Shown: positions 34,006-43,398 of the stretch, in pieces | Numbering within the stretch: the first letter of the stretch is position 1 | Layout: every line of letters begins with the position of its first letter | From: an uncultured Bacillota bacterium | GTDB taxonomy: Bacteria; Bacillota; Clostridia; Christensenellales; UBA1242 | Length of the DNA stretch: 64,000 bases | Reading direction: 5' to 3' | Assembly: GCA_946499835.1 (NCBI GenBank) | Contig: CAMMTJ010000004.1 | Coordinates: 15,148 to 79,147, forward strand | The notes under the pieces: generated by a model | What the model was told of the DNA's origin: nothing | The model's input: the letters and a program-made list of their open reading frames with translations, nothing else | The model's database searches: none | Made by a program: the position numbers and the translations under genes

Positions 34006-34518
34006 TTATTCATCATCATCTCCGTAGTCATCATAGTCATCGTCGTCATCATCATCGTCGTCATCATCATAATCATCGTCATCTTCATCTTGATTGTCTT
34101 CGTCATCAAACTCTTCACCATCAAAGAGCGCATCTTCGTCATCATCAAAATCAAGATCAGTGATGTCATCATCGTCATCATCAAATGATGCTTTTGTGAT
34201 GTCAGTCACAGAAGCCATATCACCTGTTTCATCGTCCATTGTGATAATGTCCTCATCATCTTCTCTTGTGAGATAGTCATCCCAGTCGCCATTAAGTTCG
34301 CCATCTTCGTTTTGATGTTCTCTCAAACAACTTGCGCACATAATTTCGTCTGGTTGGATATAGTTTGTTTTGCAAATTGGGCAAAGTTCCAAATCAATAT
34401 CGTCAATATAGTCACTCTTTGCTTCAAGTTCTGCCTTGCAAACACTGCAAAGTTTATCTTTTTTTTGAATATAGTTAAGTTCGCATCTAGGGCATCTGAT
34501 ATAAACTGGTTTTTTCAT
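34006..34518 (-). CDS. Double zinc-ribbon protein with hyper-acidic poly-Asp C-terminal tail
   Basis: CPRC..CSVC and CPIC..CASC pairs in the first 65 aa. By my hand count, 58 of the last 99 residues are D/E, including an 11-Asp run. AAGGAGAAAG SD upstream. Confidence 0.8.
   Translation of the reverse strand: MKKPVYIRCPRCELNYIQKKDKLCSVCKAELEAKSDYIDDIDLELCPICKTNYIQPDEIMCASCLREHQNEDGELNGDWDDYLTREDDEDIITMDDETGDMASVTDITKASFDDDDDDITDLDFDDDEDALFDGEEFDDEDNQDEDDDDYDDDDDDDDDDDYDDYGDDDE
34009..34092. repeat. (GAY)n trinucleotide tract encoding the poly-Asp tail
   Basis: The plus strand reads atc/gtc triplets almost uninterrupted (catcatcatc..gtcatcgtcgtcatcatcatcgtcgtcatcatcat..). Confidence 0.85.
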
Positions 34519-34615
34519 ACTTTCTCCTTAATTTATACAGAAAATGATTGTTTTTCATTTTCAATGATATTATATAAATCTCATCTATAAATGTCTATCA
34601 ATTTTCAAAAATATT

Positions 34616-35254
34616 TTAAGAAATTTTAACTTTTTTTTGCTCCAAACTCACTTCTGCCTGACTCTTGCGAAGATAGATCGGTTGCAACTGGTTTGCCTGA
34701 ACAAATTTCTTCTTTTTTCTTTCTTTTTCGGCATATTCCAGAAGTTCCTCGGCAGTTGGAAAGACACTCACATCTGTCAATTTTTCATCTGCAAGCGAAA
34801 CAACTTCGCACCTCTCTTTGCCTAAGTCTTCTGCCTTTATCAGTTCCTCTTTTCCAATCATATTGCCTTCTTTGTCAAAACGCGCGAAGAAATATAGCCC
34901 GCTCAAAGCATTCATAACCACACAAAAACCTTCCTTTGGTTTATTATGCTTGCAATAACTATATGCCATAAGCCCAAGTGATGACAATGGCAAAACTGGC
35001 AAATCTTTTCCTGCACAAAAGCCTTTGACAAGCGAAATACCTATTCTTATGCCAGTGAAAGAGCCTGGGCCAACCACAACAGCATAAACATCGTTGTCAG
35101 CAAGAGTTGTGCCAAGTCCTTCCAAAAGACTGTCAAGTTTTGGCAAGATGTTCTCAGAGTGTTTGCATGATGGATCAAGGTTGCATTGTCCTTTTTTGCC
35201 ATCAATATCAACTCCTATAAGTGCTTCTTTCATTGCACTGCAAATTGCAATCAT
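34616..35254 (-). CDS. tsaB: tRNA t6A37 biosynthesis protein TsaB
   Basis: VVVGPGSFTGIRIGISLVKGF. Overlaps the tsaE stop by 4 nt. Confidence 0.85.
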   Translation of the reverse strand: MIAICSAMKEALIGVDIDGKKGQCNLDPSCKHSENILPKLDSLLEGLGTTLADNDVYAVVVGPGSFTGIRIGISLVKGFCAGKDLPVLPLSSLGLMAYSYCKHNKPKEGFCVVMNALSGLYFFARFDKEGNMIGKEELIKAEDLGKERCEVVSLADEKLTDVSVFPTAEELLEYAEKERKKKKFVQANQLQPIYLRKSQAEVSLEQKKVKIS

Positions 35255-35691
35255 TTTTTCTTCTCCACAATTATTTCTCTTTCATTTTCGCCGTCACCTT
35301 TTTTGATTGTGACATTGTAGTGCTCTCCATTAAGAAGTCCACTCACCTGTTCTGGCCACTCAACCAAGCAAACCCCATCAAGAAGGTTATGGTCAAAATA
35401 TTCTTCAAAGCCCAGTTCCTCAGCCTCTTCTTTTGAAGAAAGCCTATACATATCAAAATGATAAATTGGCATTTTTCCGCCTTCATAAACATTAAGAATA
35501 GTGAAAGTTGGACTCGTAACCATACTTTTGCAACCCATGCCCACGGCAAAACCTTTCACAAAGTGCGTTTTCCCAGCACCAAGGTCTCCTGAAAGAAGAA
35601 TTATATCGCCTTTGTTTATCACACTTGCAAACTTTTCTCCAACAAGCATGGTCTCTTTTTCATTCTTTGTCTTCACGCTCAGTAATTTCAT
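35251..35691 (-). CDS. tsaE: tRNA t6A37 biosynthesis ATPase TsaE
   Basis: LSGDLGAGKTHFVKG and PTFTILNVY. GAGGAAGGG SD upstream; the start lies 32 nt inside the end of the PAP2 gene. Confidence 0.85.
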   Translation of the reverse strand: MKLLSVKTKNEKETMLVGEKFASVINKGDIILLSGDLGAGKTHFVKGFAVGMGCKSMVTSPTFTILNVYEGGKMPIYHFDMYRLSSKEEAEELGFEEYFDHNLLDGVCLVEWPEQVSGLLNGEHYNVTIKKGDGENEREIIVEKKK

Positions 35692-36244
35692 TCCCTTCCT
35701 CTTTGACTTTCTTTTTTGCTAATTTCCTGCAAATGACATTATAGACAATTATTCCAATTATTGCAAGCAAAACGCCTTCAATTAGGCCAACCACAACATC
35801 ACTGAGATAATGCGCACCCAGAATCATTCTCGAAAAGGCAACCAAAATGGCATAGAGAGACAGTCCAATCATTCCAAAAGTGCGTCCCCAAACATTTTTT
35901 GTTTGCTTGAACAGAAAATATATCAAAAACGTGGCTATGATTGCACCGCACATAGCATGTGAACTTGGCATTGAATAGCCATCTGCACCAGCATAATTTA
36001 TCACATCTTCAAAACTGTCAAAAGGACGAGGCCTTGCAATAATTGCTTTCAAAGCAAGATTGAACAGCACAGAAAAAACAAAAGTTGCCACATATGCGAA
36101 AGAAAGTTTTCTATCTTTGAAAAATAGAGGCATAAGTGCGATTGCAAAACCGAGCCAACTGCCAAGCAATGTGAAAATTCTAAAAAAAGTTATCCATCCC
36201 TCACCTGCACCTTGAAGTGCATAGATTATTTCAATTTCTCCCAT
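35660..36244 (-). CDS. PAP2-family phosphatase (membrane)
   Basis: KAIIARPRP, PSSHAM and SRMILGAHYLSDV are the acid-phosphatase motifs. Confidence 0.8.
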   Translation of the reverse strand: MGEIEIIYALQGAGEGWITFFRIFTLLGSWLGFAIALMPLFFKDRKLSFAYVATFVFSVLFNLALKAIIARPRPFDSFEDVINYAGADGYSMPSSHAMCGAIIATFLIYFLFKQTKNVWGRTFGMIGLSLYAILVAFSRMILGAHYLSDVVVGLIEGVLLAIIGIIVYNVICRKLAKKKVKEEGNEITEREDKE

Positions 36245-36296
36245 GCTCCTATTGTAACAAATTTCATTAAAAAAAACAACAGATGCTCTTCTGTTG

Positions 36297-36878
36297 TTAT
36301 TTTTTTCTGCTTATAGTCATTCCGTCTTCAATTTCCAAAAGTTTGCTGTCAAAATCATGATCTTCTTCCAGTGCCTTCAAAAATTTTCTTAAATTGACCA
36401 CCATTGAACGATGTTTATGTTTGACAAATTCTTCACCCTTAACCCAGCCATGCAAAAGCACATTGTCTGCCACAAGCAAACCGCCTTTGCATAACATTTT
36501 CTTTAAGTGTGGCAAATATCTCAAATATTGTCCTTTTGGCCCATCGAGAAAGATGAGATCAAACTCTTTGCCTTCATCTTCCAGTTGTGGCAAGACTTCT
36601 CCCGCGTCCCCAACTATGAGATCAACTCTTTCCTTCACGCCATTCTTCTCGAAATTTGTCATTGCCTGCTGTGCTCTTTCGTTATCCTTTTCGATTGTGG
36701 TGATAAAAGCATCCTTTGCTCCTTCAAGCATTAAGAGCGCTGAATATCCCACTGCCGTGCCTATCTCTAAGATATTTTTAGGCTTCTCTTTTTGACATAT
36801 ATCAAAAAGAATTTTTGCACTTTCATCTCTGATAAAAGGCATATAGTCGTCACGAGATTTTATCTCTTTATAATTCAT
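36297..36878 (-). CDS. Class I SAM-dependent O-methyltransferase (YrrM/TrmR-like)
   Basis: ILEIGTAVGYSAL and DLIFLDGPKGQY. Confidence 0.8.
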   Translation of the reverse strand: MNYKEIKSRDDYMPFIRDESAKILFDICQKEKPKNILEIGTAVGYSALLMLEGAKDAFITTIEKDNERAQQAMTNFEKNGVKERVDLIVGDAGEVLPQLEDEGKEFDLIFLDGPKGQYLRYLPHLKKMLCKGGLLVADNVLLHGWVKGEEFVKHKHRSMVVNLRKFLKALEEDHDFDSKLLEIEDGMTISRKK

Positions 36879-36891
36879 CTATCCTTCCCTC

Positions 36892-38547
36892 TTAGTCAAG
36901 TGTGACAATAGTCAAAATCATTGGACGACGCTTTGTCCTTTTGTAAATGAAATTTGAAATCTTTCTGCGAAGTGTTGATCTGATAACAGAAGGTTCAACT
37001 CCACGCAAATCTTGTTCTTTGAGTGATGCAATGATGGCGGCTTTGGCATCTTGCACAAAAGCCTCTTGCTCATCAGCATAAACCACCCCTCTGGTGATGA
37101 TAAATGGCTCGTTTATTATTTCTCCTGCCACATTGTTTATATTGACACAAACCACGCAAATGCCTTCTTCTGAGAGTTGTTTGCGTTCACGAAGAACGTT
37201 GCTGTCCATGTCACCAATACCATAACCGTCAACAAGAAGTTGTCCGGCAGTAACAAAACCGCTCTCTTTGATTGAGTTTGACCCAAGTTCAACTTGCATA
37301 CCAAGGCTTGGCAATATGATGTTTCTCTCTTCCATACCGAGTGACATAGCAAGTTCTTTATGCACTTTCATATGTCTATATTCGCCATGCACTGGTATAA
37401 AGAATTTTGGTTTAACAAGAGAGTGCATGAGTTTGAGTTCTTCTTGACATGCGTGGCCTGATGTGTGGACTTGTTCAAGTTCGTTGTAAATCACATCTGC
37501 ACCAAGTTTGTAAAGTGCGTTGATAACTTTGTAAACATTCTTTTCATTTCCAGGAATTGGTGATGCCGAGAAGATGACAAGGTCATTTTCTCTTATTTTC
37601 AACCCCTTAAACTCGCCAGCAGCCATTCTTGTGAGTGCACTCATTGGCTCACCTTGACTGCCTGTGCCAAGAATAAGAAGTTCTTTATCGTCCATGTTGT
37701 TTATCTTGTCGATGTCAACAATATTTTCACGATTGAAAGAAAGTTCTCCAAGTTTTAAGGCAACTTCTGACACGTTTTGCATACTTCTTCCAGTGAAAAC
37801 AACCTTTCTTTTGTATTTTTCAGCCAAATCCAAAATTTGTTGAAGACGATAAATGTTTGATGCAAAGGTTGCAACAATAATACGGTTATCCTTATGACTG
37901 TCAAAGATGTGTTCAAGTGTTCTTCCAACAGTCTTTTCACTCATAGAATAGCCCGGTCTGCACACGTTTGTGCTTTCGCACAAAAGAAGATTTACCCCGC
38001 GTCTTCCAAGTTCGCCAAAACGTGTCAAGTCTGTCATTTGTCCATCAATAGGCTCATAATCAATCTTGAAGTCGCCTGTATGCACAATCGTTCCAACAGG
38101 TGTTGTGATTGAAAGAGCAAGTGATCCTGCGATTGAGTGTGTGACTTTGATAAATTCTACCGTGAAAGATCCAAGTTTCAAAACGTTTTTTGGCTTTACG
38201 GCAACCGCTTTAAGTTTAACCTTTGGATGCTCTTTGAGTTTGTTTTCAATGAGAGCAAGTGTCAATCTTGTCCCATACACAGGGGCAGAAATGTGTTGCA
38301 ACAAAAATGGTATTGCACCGATGTGGTCTTCATGTCCATGGGTTATCAAAATGGCTTTGACTTTGTCTTTGTTGGCAATAAGATATGAAAAATCTGGGAT
38401 AACCACATCCACGCCAAGCAGTTCGTCATCAGGGAAAGTCATACCGGCATCAACAACGACAATTTCATCATTGTATTCAATAGCGGTCATATTTTTTCCA
38501 ATCTCGCCCACCCCTCCTAAAAAAGTAACTTTAACTTTGTTGTTCAT
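36892..38547 (-). CDS. rnj: Ribonuclease J
   Basis: MNNKVKVTFLGGVGEIGKN.. and ITHGHEDHIGAIPFLL (metallo-beta-lactamase/beta-CASP). The ATG at 38547 is preceded by AAGGAGG. Confidence 0.9.
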   Translation of the reverse strand: MNNKVKVTFLGGVGEIGKNMTAIEYNDEIVVVDAGMTFPDDELLGVDVVIPDFSYLIANKDKVKAILITHGHEDHIGAIPFLLQHISAPVYGTRLTLALIENKLKEHPKVKLKAVAVKPKNVLKLGSFTVEFIKVTHSIAGSLALSITTPVGTIVHTGDFKIDYEPIDGQMTDLTRFGELGRRGVNLLLCESTNVCRPGYSMSEKTVGRTLEHIFDSHKDNRIIVATFASNIYRLQQILDLAEKYKRKVVFTGRSMQNVSEVALKLGELSFNRENIVDIDKINNMDDKELLILGTGSQGEPMSALTRMAAGEFKGLKIRENDLVIFSASPIPGNEKNVYKVINALYKLGADVIYNELEQVHTSGHACQEELKLMHSLVKPKFFIPVHGEYRHMKVHKELAMSLGMEERNIILPSLGMQVELGSNSIKESGFVTAGQLLVDGYGIGDMDSNVLRERKQLSEEGICVVCVNINNVAGEIINEPFIITRGVVYADEQEAFVQDAKAAIIASLKEQDLRGVEPSVIRSTLRRKISNFIYKRTKRRPMILTIVTLD

Positions 38548-38627
38548 AATTTTCCTCCTTAAATTCAAACAAAAATCAATGCAACTCTGCATTTCTTAAA
38601 AAATTTTTTCTTATGTAAAACAAGGGC

Positions 38628-39560
38628 TTATAACAAAAACTTTGCGTTGTCGATTGTGTCCACTTCTTCAAGGCGTTTTGGCGTCAAAATGGTGTCGCTG
38701 TCAACATAGAAGCGCATGCCTTGACTTGAAAAGAACATAACCATATCAAAAATATAAATGAATGGGAAGAGAATAGGCAAGATGATCACGAGTGAATATA
38801 GTCCAATCGCCATTGCAAGAAGCAGTGTCAAGATGTAAATCACAAAAGCGGTTGAAAATACTCGAAGTCCACGTCTGAGCACTGCCATTTGTCCTTTTGG
38901 AAAAGCCCTAAATACATTGCAATCAAAAACAATCATTGCAGGAGCCCAGCCAGCAACAAAGGTCTCTTTGATTGCAAACAAAAGTGCAGGAATCAATATG
39001 ATAAAGATTGGCACAATGATTGAAGCCAGTTGTCCAGTCAAAAGGCTGAGGCCATAAAGGCCACCGATAATCAATGCGTTGAATGGAAGGTCAAACAAAA
39101 ATCTCATCCCAGCATAAGGCAAAGACTTGTTGAGCGTGCGAAGATAAGTGCCAGTGAAAGAGTGTTTTGAGTTTGTCGCCATATAGCCATAAACCATTTC
39201 ACAAGTCACAAACCTTCCCATATTTGCAAGAAGAGAACGAAGGAAATAAAGAATCAAAACAAGATAAATCCCTGCCCCTACATTTGCAACAAAAATTCTT
39301 TGAACAAAGGTGAAGCATGCACCAATAACATCAGTGAGTGCTTCTCCAACAGAAACGCCAAGTCCATAGAAAGTGCCAGATGAGAAAAGATATTCAAGAC
39401 CAAACTCATTCCATATGTCAACTATGATAGTTGAAATTGTGGAATAAAAAGGCATTGCCAAGGCAATAACCACAGCCCACGATAAAATCTTATAAAGGAG
39501 CAATTTCCAAACTTTGTCGAAATTTGCACACAAAAGTTTAAGTGAGTTTCTAAACATCAT
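38628..39560 (-). CDS. Polytopic membrane protein, unknown function
   Basis: Long ORF with about 7-8 hydrophobic segments. No family recognised. Confidence 0.7.
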   Translation of the reverse strand: MMFRNSLKLLCANFDKVWKLLLYKILSWAVVIALAMPFYSTISTIIVDIWNEFGLEYLFSSGTFYGLGVSVGEALTDVIGACFTFVQRIFVANVGAGIYLVLILYFLRSLLANMGRFVTCEMVYGYMATNSKHSFTGTYLRTLNKSLPYAGMRFLFDLPFNALIIGGLYGLSLLTGQLASIIVPIFIILIPALLFAIKETFVAGWAPAMIVFDCNVFRAFPKGQMAVLRRGLRVFSTAFVIYILTLLLAMAIGLYSLVIILPILFPFIYIFDMVMFFSSQGMRFYVDSDTILTPKRLEEVDTIDNAKFLL

Positions 39561-39639
39561 AATATCTTAAATTCCAAACACTTTGATATACAACATTATA
39601 CACTATCTCAAAAAAAAATACAACAAAAAAAGGCAATTA

Positions 39640-40110
39640 TTATTTAATTGCCAAAATTTTGTATTTTGCGTCTGCTCCGCCACTCTTCACGACAATTTCT
39701 TCCCCTTTCTGTTTGCCCATAAGAGCACTTCCAACAGGAGAAAGATTTGAGATGATACCATTTGCTGGATCACTTTCTGTTGAGCCCAAGATTTTGTAAG
39801 TGATCTCCTCGTCAAACTCCTCATCATAGAGTGTCACGGTTGAGCCTATGCCGATAACATCTTTGTTTTTTGGTGAACCAGAAACAACTTGGCATGACAA
39901 AAGAATGTCTTCCATTTCGCTGATTTCTGCTTCAACAAGAGCCTGTTCTTCTTTTGCAGCATCATATTCTGAGTTTTCAGAAAGGTCTCCAAATTCTCTT
40001 GCTGCACCAATTTTTTTCGCAACTTCTCTGCGTTTAACTGTTTTATAAAAATTTAATTTTTCTTCAAGTTGTTTTTTACCCTCAGGTGTTAAAATATGAA
40101 CTTCTGCCAT
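39640..40110 (-). CDS. greA: Transcription elongation factor GreA
   Basis: LTPEGKKQLEEKL.., AREFGDLSENSEYDAAKEEQ, and the C-terminal FKBP-like domain. The ATG at 40110 is preceded by GGGGGAGG. Confidence 0.9.
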   Translation of the reverse strand: MAEVHILTPEGKKQLEEKLNFYKTVKRREVAKKIGAAREFGDLSENSEYDAAKEEQALVEAEISEMEDILLSCQVVSGSPKNKDVIGIGSTVTLYDEEFDEEITYKILGSTESDPANGIISNLSPVGSALMGKQKGEEIVVKSGGADAKYKILAIK

Positions 40111-40151
40111 AATCAAGCCTCCCCCATAATGTTTTTGCTTTATGCTTGCCT

Positions 40152-40180
40152 ATTATACTTAAAAAAAATTGCCAAGTCAA
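40152..40180 (-). promoter_or_regulatory. Consensus promoter TTGACT-17-TATAAT of greA
   Basis: Reverse strand: ttgact (40180..40175), 17-nt spacer, tataat (40157..40152); counted base by base. Confidence 0.6.
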
Positions 40181-40250
40181 ACTTTTTTCAAACTTTTTTT
40201 GAGAATTTTTTTATAAGGTTTTGCCAATAATATATGTGGAGGAATGAAAA

Positions 40251-40631
40251 ATGTTTACTATTATTGCATTTTTGCTCACCCTTGCCGGATGCGTCAATTG
40301 GTTTATGATTGGAGCACTTCAATATGACTTTGTCGCCGGTATTTTTGGCTATCAAGGCAGTATTTTGTCAAGAATTGTCTATATTATCATTGGAATAAGT
40401 GCTTTCTTTCTTGTTTACAAACTGATAAAAGGCAAAGGCAAACTTGCCGTCTTTTCAAAAAGAAATAAAAAAGATGTGGCAAAAAATATAGCCAAAATGA
40501 GTCACAAAAAGGCCACTTCAAATGTTGAAGTGGCAAAAGAAGACATGCCAAGATATGATGAAGATTATGTCGAGCACGAGCAAGATGAAGAACGCGGACT
40601 TCTCAACGATATCACAAACGATGAGGAGTAA
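40251..40631 (+). CDS. DUF378-family small membrane protein with extended charged C-terminus
   Basis: GCVNWFMIGALQYDFVAGIFG..LSRIVYIIIGISA matches the DUF378 pattern (NWgliG...fdlVa.ifG..lsRiiY..vG). Confidence 0.7.
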   Translation: MFTIIAFLLTLAGCVNWFMIGALQYDFVAGIFGYQGSILSRIVYIIIGISAFFLVYKLIKGKGKLAVFSKRNKKDVAKNIAKMSHKKATSNVEVAKEDMPRYDEDYVEHEQDEERGLLNDITNDEE

Positions 40632-40721
40632 GTTATGCAGAAAAACATCTCAACTTTTGCACTTATCATGTTTCTTACCAGTGCACTTTTTGTTATACTT
40701 TTCTTTTATCAAACCTTTTGA

Positions 40722-41180
40722 TCATTTATGATATTTTGAGCCAGAATTGATCATAAATGCACGATAAAGTTGTTCAAGCAAAATGACGCGTGCCAGATTG
40801 TGAGGATATGTAATTTTGCCAAAAGATATCTTTTCATTCACGGCATTTTTGACCTCATCACTGACACCATAAGAGCCTCCAATAACAAAAGTTATCTCAC
40901 TTGTCTCATTTGCCAGTTCTTTTAGTTTGCTGGCAAACTCTTCACTTGAAAGAGCCTTGCCTTTTATATCAAGCAAAATATTTTTTGACCCAAGATGTCC
41001 AAGTATTTCCTTTCCCTCATAGGTCAATATCTTTTGAGGCAATTCATATATATTTTTCTCATCCACTTCAATGATTTTGAGATTGCAATGTTTTTGCAAT
41101 CGTTTTTTATATTCTTCACATGCATCTTTCCAAAATTTCTCTTTCAAATTGCCCACACAAACAATCTTGATCGTTATCAT
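40722..41180 (-). CDS. rlmH: 23S rRNA (pseudouridine1915-N3)-methyltransferase RlmH
   Basis: MITIKIVCVGNLKEKFWKDACEEYKKRL.. and ITFVIGGSYG..KISFGKITYPHNLARVILLEQLYRA. Confidence 0.9.
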   Translation of the reverse strand: MITIKIVCVGNLKEKFWKDACEEYKKRLQKHCNLKIIEVDEKNIYELPQKILTYEGKEILGHLGSKNILLDIKGKALSSEEFASKLKELANETSEITFVIGGSYGVSDEVKNAVNEKISFGKITYPHNLARVILLEQLYRAFMINSGSKYHK

Positions 41181-42316
41181 AACACCCCCCAAATGAATGT
41201 GAAAAGAGTTATCCCTACAAGCAAAGCAAAAATTGTGCCCAGCAAAATCTTGTTGACCGTGTCCATCTTAAAACCCTCTTCCCTCATCATTTCATCTTCA
41301 ATTTCACTTGAAAGCCCCGCTTCACTTCCAGTTTTTTCAAGGTCAAGATTTTCTTCAAGTGGAAGTGCCTCTGCAATTTCTTTGCCAAGAATTTCTGCCT
41401 GAGATTTTTCAATTTCGTGCATATAATCTTGTTTTATAATCTGTTTGACAAGCACATTTTTAAGTTCGTTTATTGTTCCAGATGCCCTTTCTTTTTGCAG
41501 TTTTATGCTAAGCGTAAAAATACCCCAAACAAGAAGAGCGCAGAGGATGATCATAAAGATTATACCAAGATAGAAATTGCTGGTTAAAGCCGTTATAAAA
41601 GCGCTGTAAAGTCTGCCTATAACAAGCCCATTCGATTGTGAAAAAGAGATATAAACATTGAGAAAATTGTTCATGAAATGCACAATAATTGCTGGAAAGA
41701 TAGAACCGCAGCCAACTGACAGCCAGCCAACAAAAAGTCCTATAATGGTTGCATAGAAAAACTGCTCAATGTTCATGTGCATAAGACCAAAAAGAAGCCC
41801 TGAAATAATCACTGCCCTTTTCCAGCCAAGTGGAGAAAGTCCATGAAGCACAAGTCCCCTGTGAGCAACCTCTTCGCATAATCCTGGCAAAATGGCTGTA
41901 AAAATCACATTGACAATAAGCATATAGAAGGGATATGATCCACCTTGCGATGATGAAGAGAAGTTATAACCAAAAAGTTGCAAAATCACATTGAAAAATG
42001 AAGCCACGAAGATGTTGAGAAGAAAGACCATTGCGCCGATGCCAATACTCATCCAAATGGCTTTGCCTGATATTTTTCTCATTCCAAAAAAGTGACAAAC
42101 TGAGCCCGGCTTTTTCTTTGAGAGTTTTGAAAACAAAAATATTGACACGCAAAGAAGAAGTCCAATTTGAACAACTATATTAAAGACATAATCTGCCCAC
42201 GCCCCTAAAAAGTTCAAAAGTCCAAAGGCAGAAAGAGTGCGGATGGCAACAAAAACCACTGCTATCAATAGATAACAGATAAGCGTGCTTCTGACAACTT
42301 TATTTTTTACTGACAT
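41177..42316 (-). CDS. CPBP-family intramembrane glutamic endopeptidase (CAAX protease/Abi)
   Basis: EEVAHRGL, FGLMH and HFMNNF motifs in a polytopic protein. Confidence 0.8.
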   Translation of the reverse strand: MSVKNKVVRSTLICYLLIAVVFVAIRTLSAFGLLNFLGAWADYVFNIVVQIGLLLCVSIFLFSKLSKKKPGSVCHFFGMRKISGKAIWMSIGIGAMVFLLNIFVASFFNVILQLFGYNFSSSSQGGSYPFYMLIVNVIFTAILPGLCEEVAHRGLVLHGLSPLGWKRAVIISGLLFGLMHMNIEQFFYATIIGLFVGWLSVGCGSIFPAIIVHFMNNFLNVYISFSQSNGLVIGRLYSAFITALTSNFYLGIIFMIILCALLVWGIFTLSIKLQKERASGTINELKNVLVKQIIKQDYMHEIEKSQAEILGKEIAEALPLEENLDLEKTGSEAGLSSEIEDEMMREEGFKMDTVNKILLGTIFALLVGITLFTFIWGVL

Positions 42317-42348
42317 TGTTTATCCTCTGTTATATATCATACACTGCC

Positions 42349-43320
42349 TTAGGACATAAAATTCATAATTGTGCTTAAAACAAGCAAAACAACTGCAACT
42401 GCCCATGAAATAATTAAGAATAATGAAGGTCTCTTTTCTCTTTCTTTCACTTCTTCCACATCATTTTTATGTTTGAAGAAAAACATGTCGATAAGGAAGA
42501 TTATGACACCTGTTACGCAAAGAAGCAACAATGCAAGCAAAACAAACCACCAAGAAAATTCTATGCTCATGCTCCATGAGGTCATCTGCTCAATAAATGC
42601 CATTGTTATCACAATGAAATTGTTGACAAAATGGACAATCATGCTTGAAAAGATAGATCCTGTCCTTGTCGCAATCCAACCCAAAATAACTCCCAAAAGG
42701 AAAGTGTATGCAAATTGTTGCAAATTGCCGTGCATAAGGCAGAACATCATGGCACTCAAAAGCACTGCTGTTACATCTGAAAAATTGCGTCTAAGTCCTT
42801 TGAGCACAACTCCTCTAAAAATGAGCTCTTCGCATATGGCAGGCAGGAGTGCAAGGACAAGAAGATTGAGAATATACCAACCAAAATTGTCAAGTGGAAG
42901 AATAGAAACGGTTGTGTCCATTGGATATCCAACAGAGATAAGTGCCATGTCGCAAAGAGAAATAAAATATTGAATACCAAAAAGTGCAATAATGCCGACA
43001 GCAATTGCAATAAGCGTCCTTTTCCAACCTATCTTAAAATTGAGCCCAACTGCACTGTTTTTCACTTTTGCGACTTTGTTGTAAATAAAAAATGTTGCAA
43101 GAAAAGTCAGTTGCCCTGCAAACGCATAAGGAATTGTAAACCACAAATATTCTTGCATATTTTCGCTTGAAAGTCCTGCCGCATTTGCAATAGAAACGCC
43201 AAGCATTGAAAACAAAAACATCACCAAAAATGGTGCTAAAAGTGAAATTATATAAATCTTTCCGCTGTCATCATTTGTGTAAAAATTTCTGCGGAAATCA
43301 ATTTGAATTTGCTTTTCCAT
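42349..43320 (-). CDS. CPBP-family intramembrane glutamic endopeptidase, second tandem copy
   Basis: EELIFRGV, FCLMH and HFVNNF. The ATG at 43320 (MEKQIQ) has no SD; an alternative GTG lies at 43353. Confidence 0.8.
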   Translation of the reverse strand: MEKQIQIDFRRNFYTNDDSGKIYIISLLAPFLVMFLFSMLGVSIANAAGLSSENMQEYLWFTIPYAFAGQLTFLATFFIYNKVAKVKNSAVGLNFKIGWKRTLIAIAVGIIALFGIQYFISLCDMALISVGYPMDTTVSILPLDNFGWYILNLLVLALLPAICEELIFRGVVLKGLRRNFSDVTAVLLSAMMFCLMHGNLQQFAYTFLLGVILGWIATRTGSIFSSMIVHFVNNFIVITMAFIEQMTSWSMSIEFSWWFVLLALLLLCVTGVIIFLIDMFFFKHKNDVEEVKEREKRPSLFLIISWAVAVVLLVLSTIMNFMS

Positions 43321-43398
43321 GAGGCAATTATACAGCAATAAACAAAAAAACACAACTTAATGCTGGACTTTTGCAACAAATAGGCTTAAAATATAGTT

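Noticed and set aside
33945-34184. His-rich (+) and Met/Thr-rich (-) ORFs over the poly-Asp tract
   Set aside because: These are alternative-frame and antisense readings of the (GAY)n repeat. The Asp frame is continuous with the zinc-ribbon N-terminus and has the SD.
38066-38599. 177-aa plus-strand ORF antisense to rnj
   Set aside because: It is a shadow of RNase J. The same applies to 42371..42973 (antisense to CPBP), 46676..47104 (antisense to groEL/groES) and 45869..46231.
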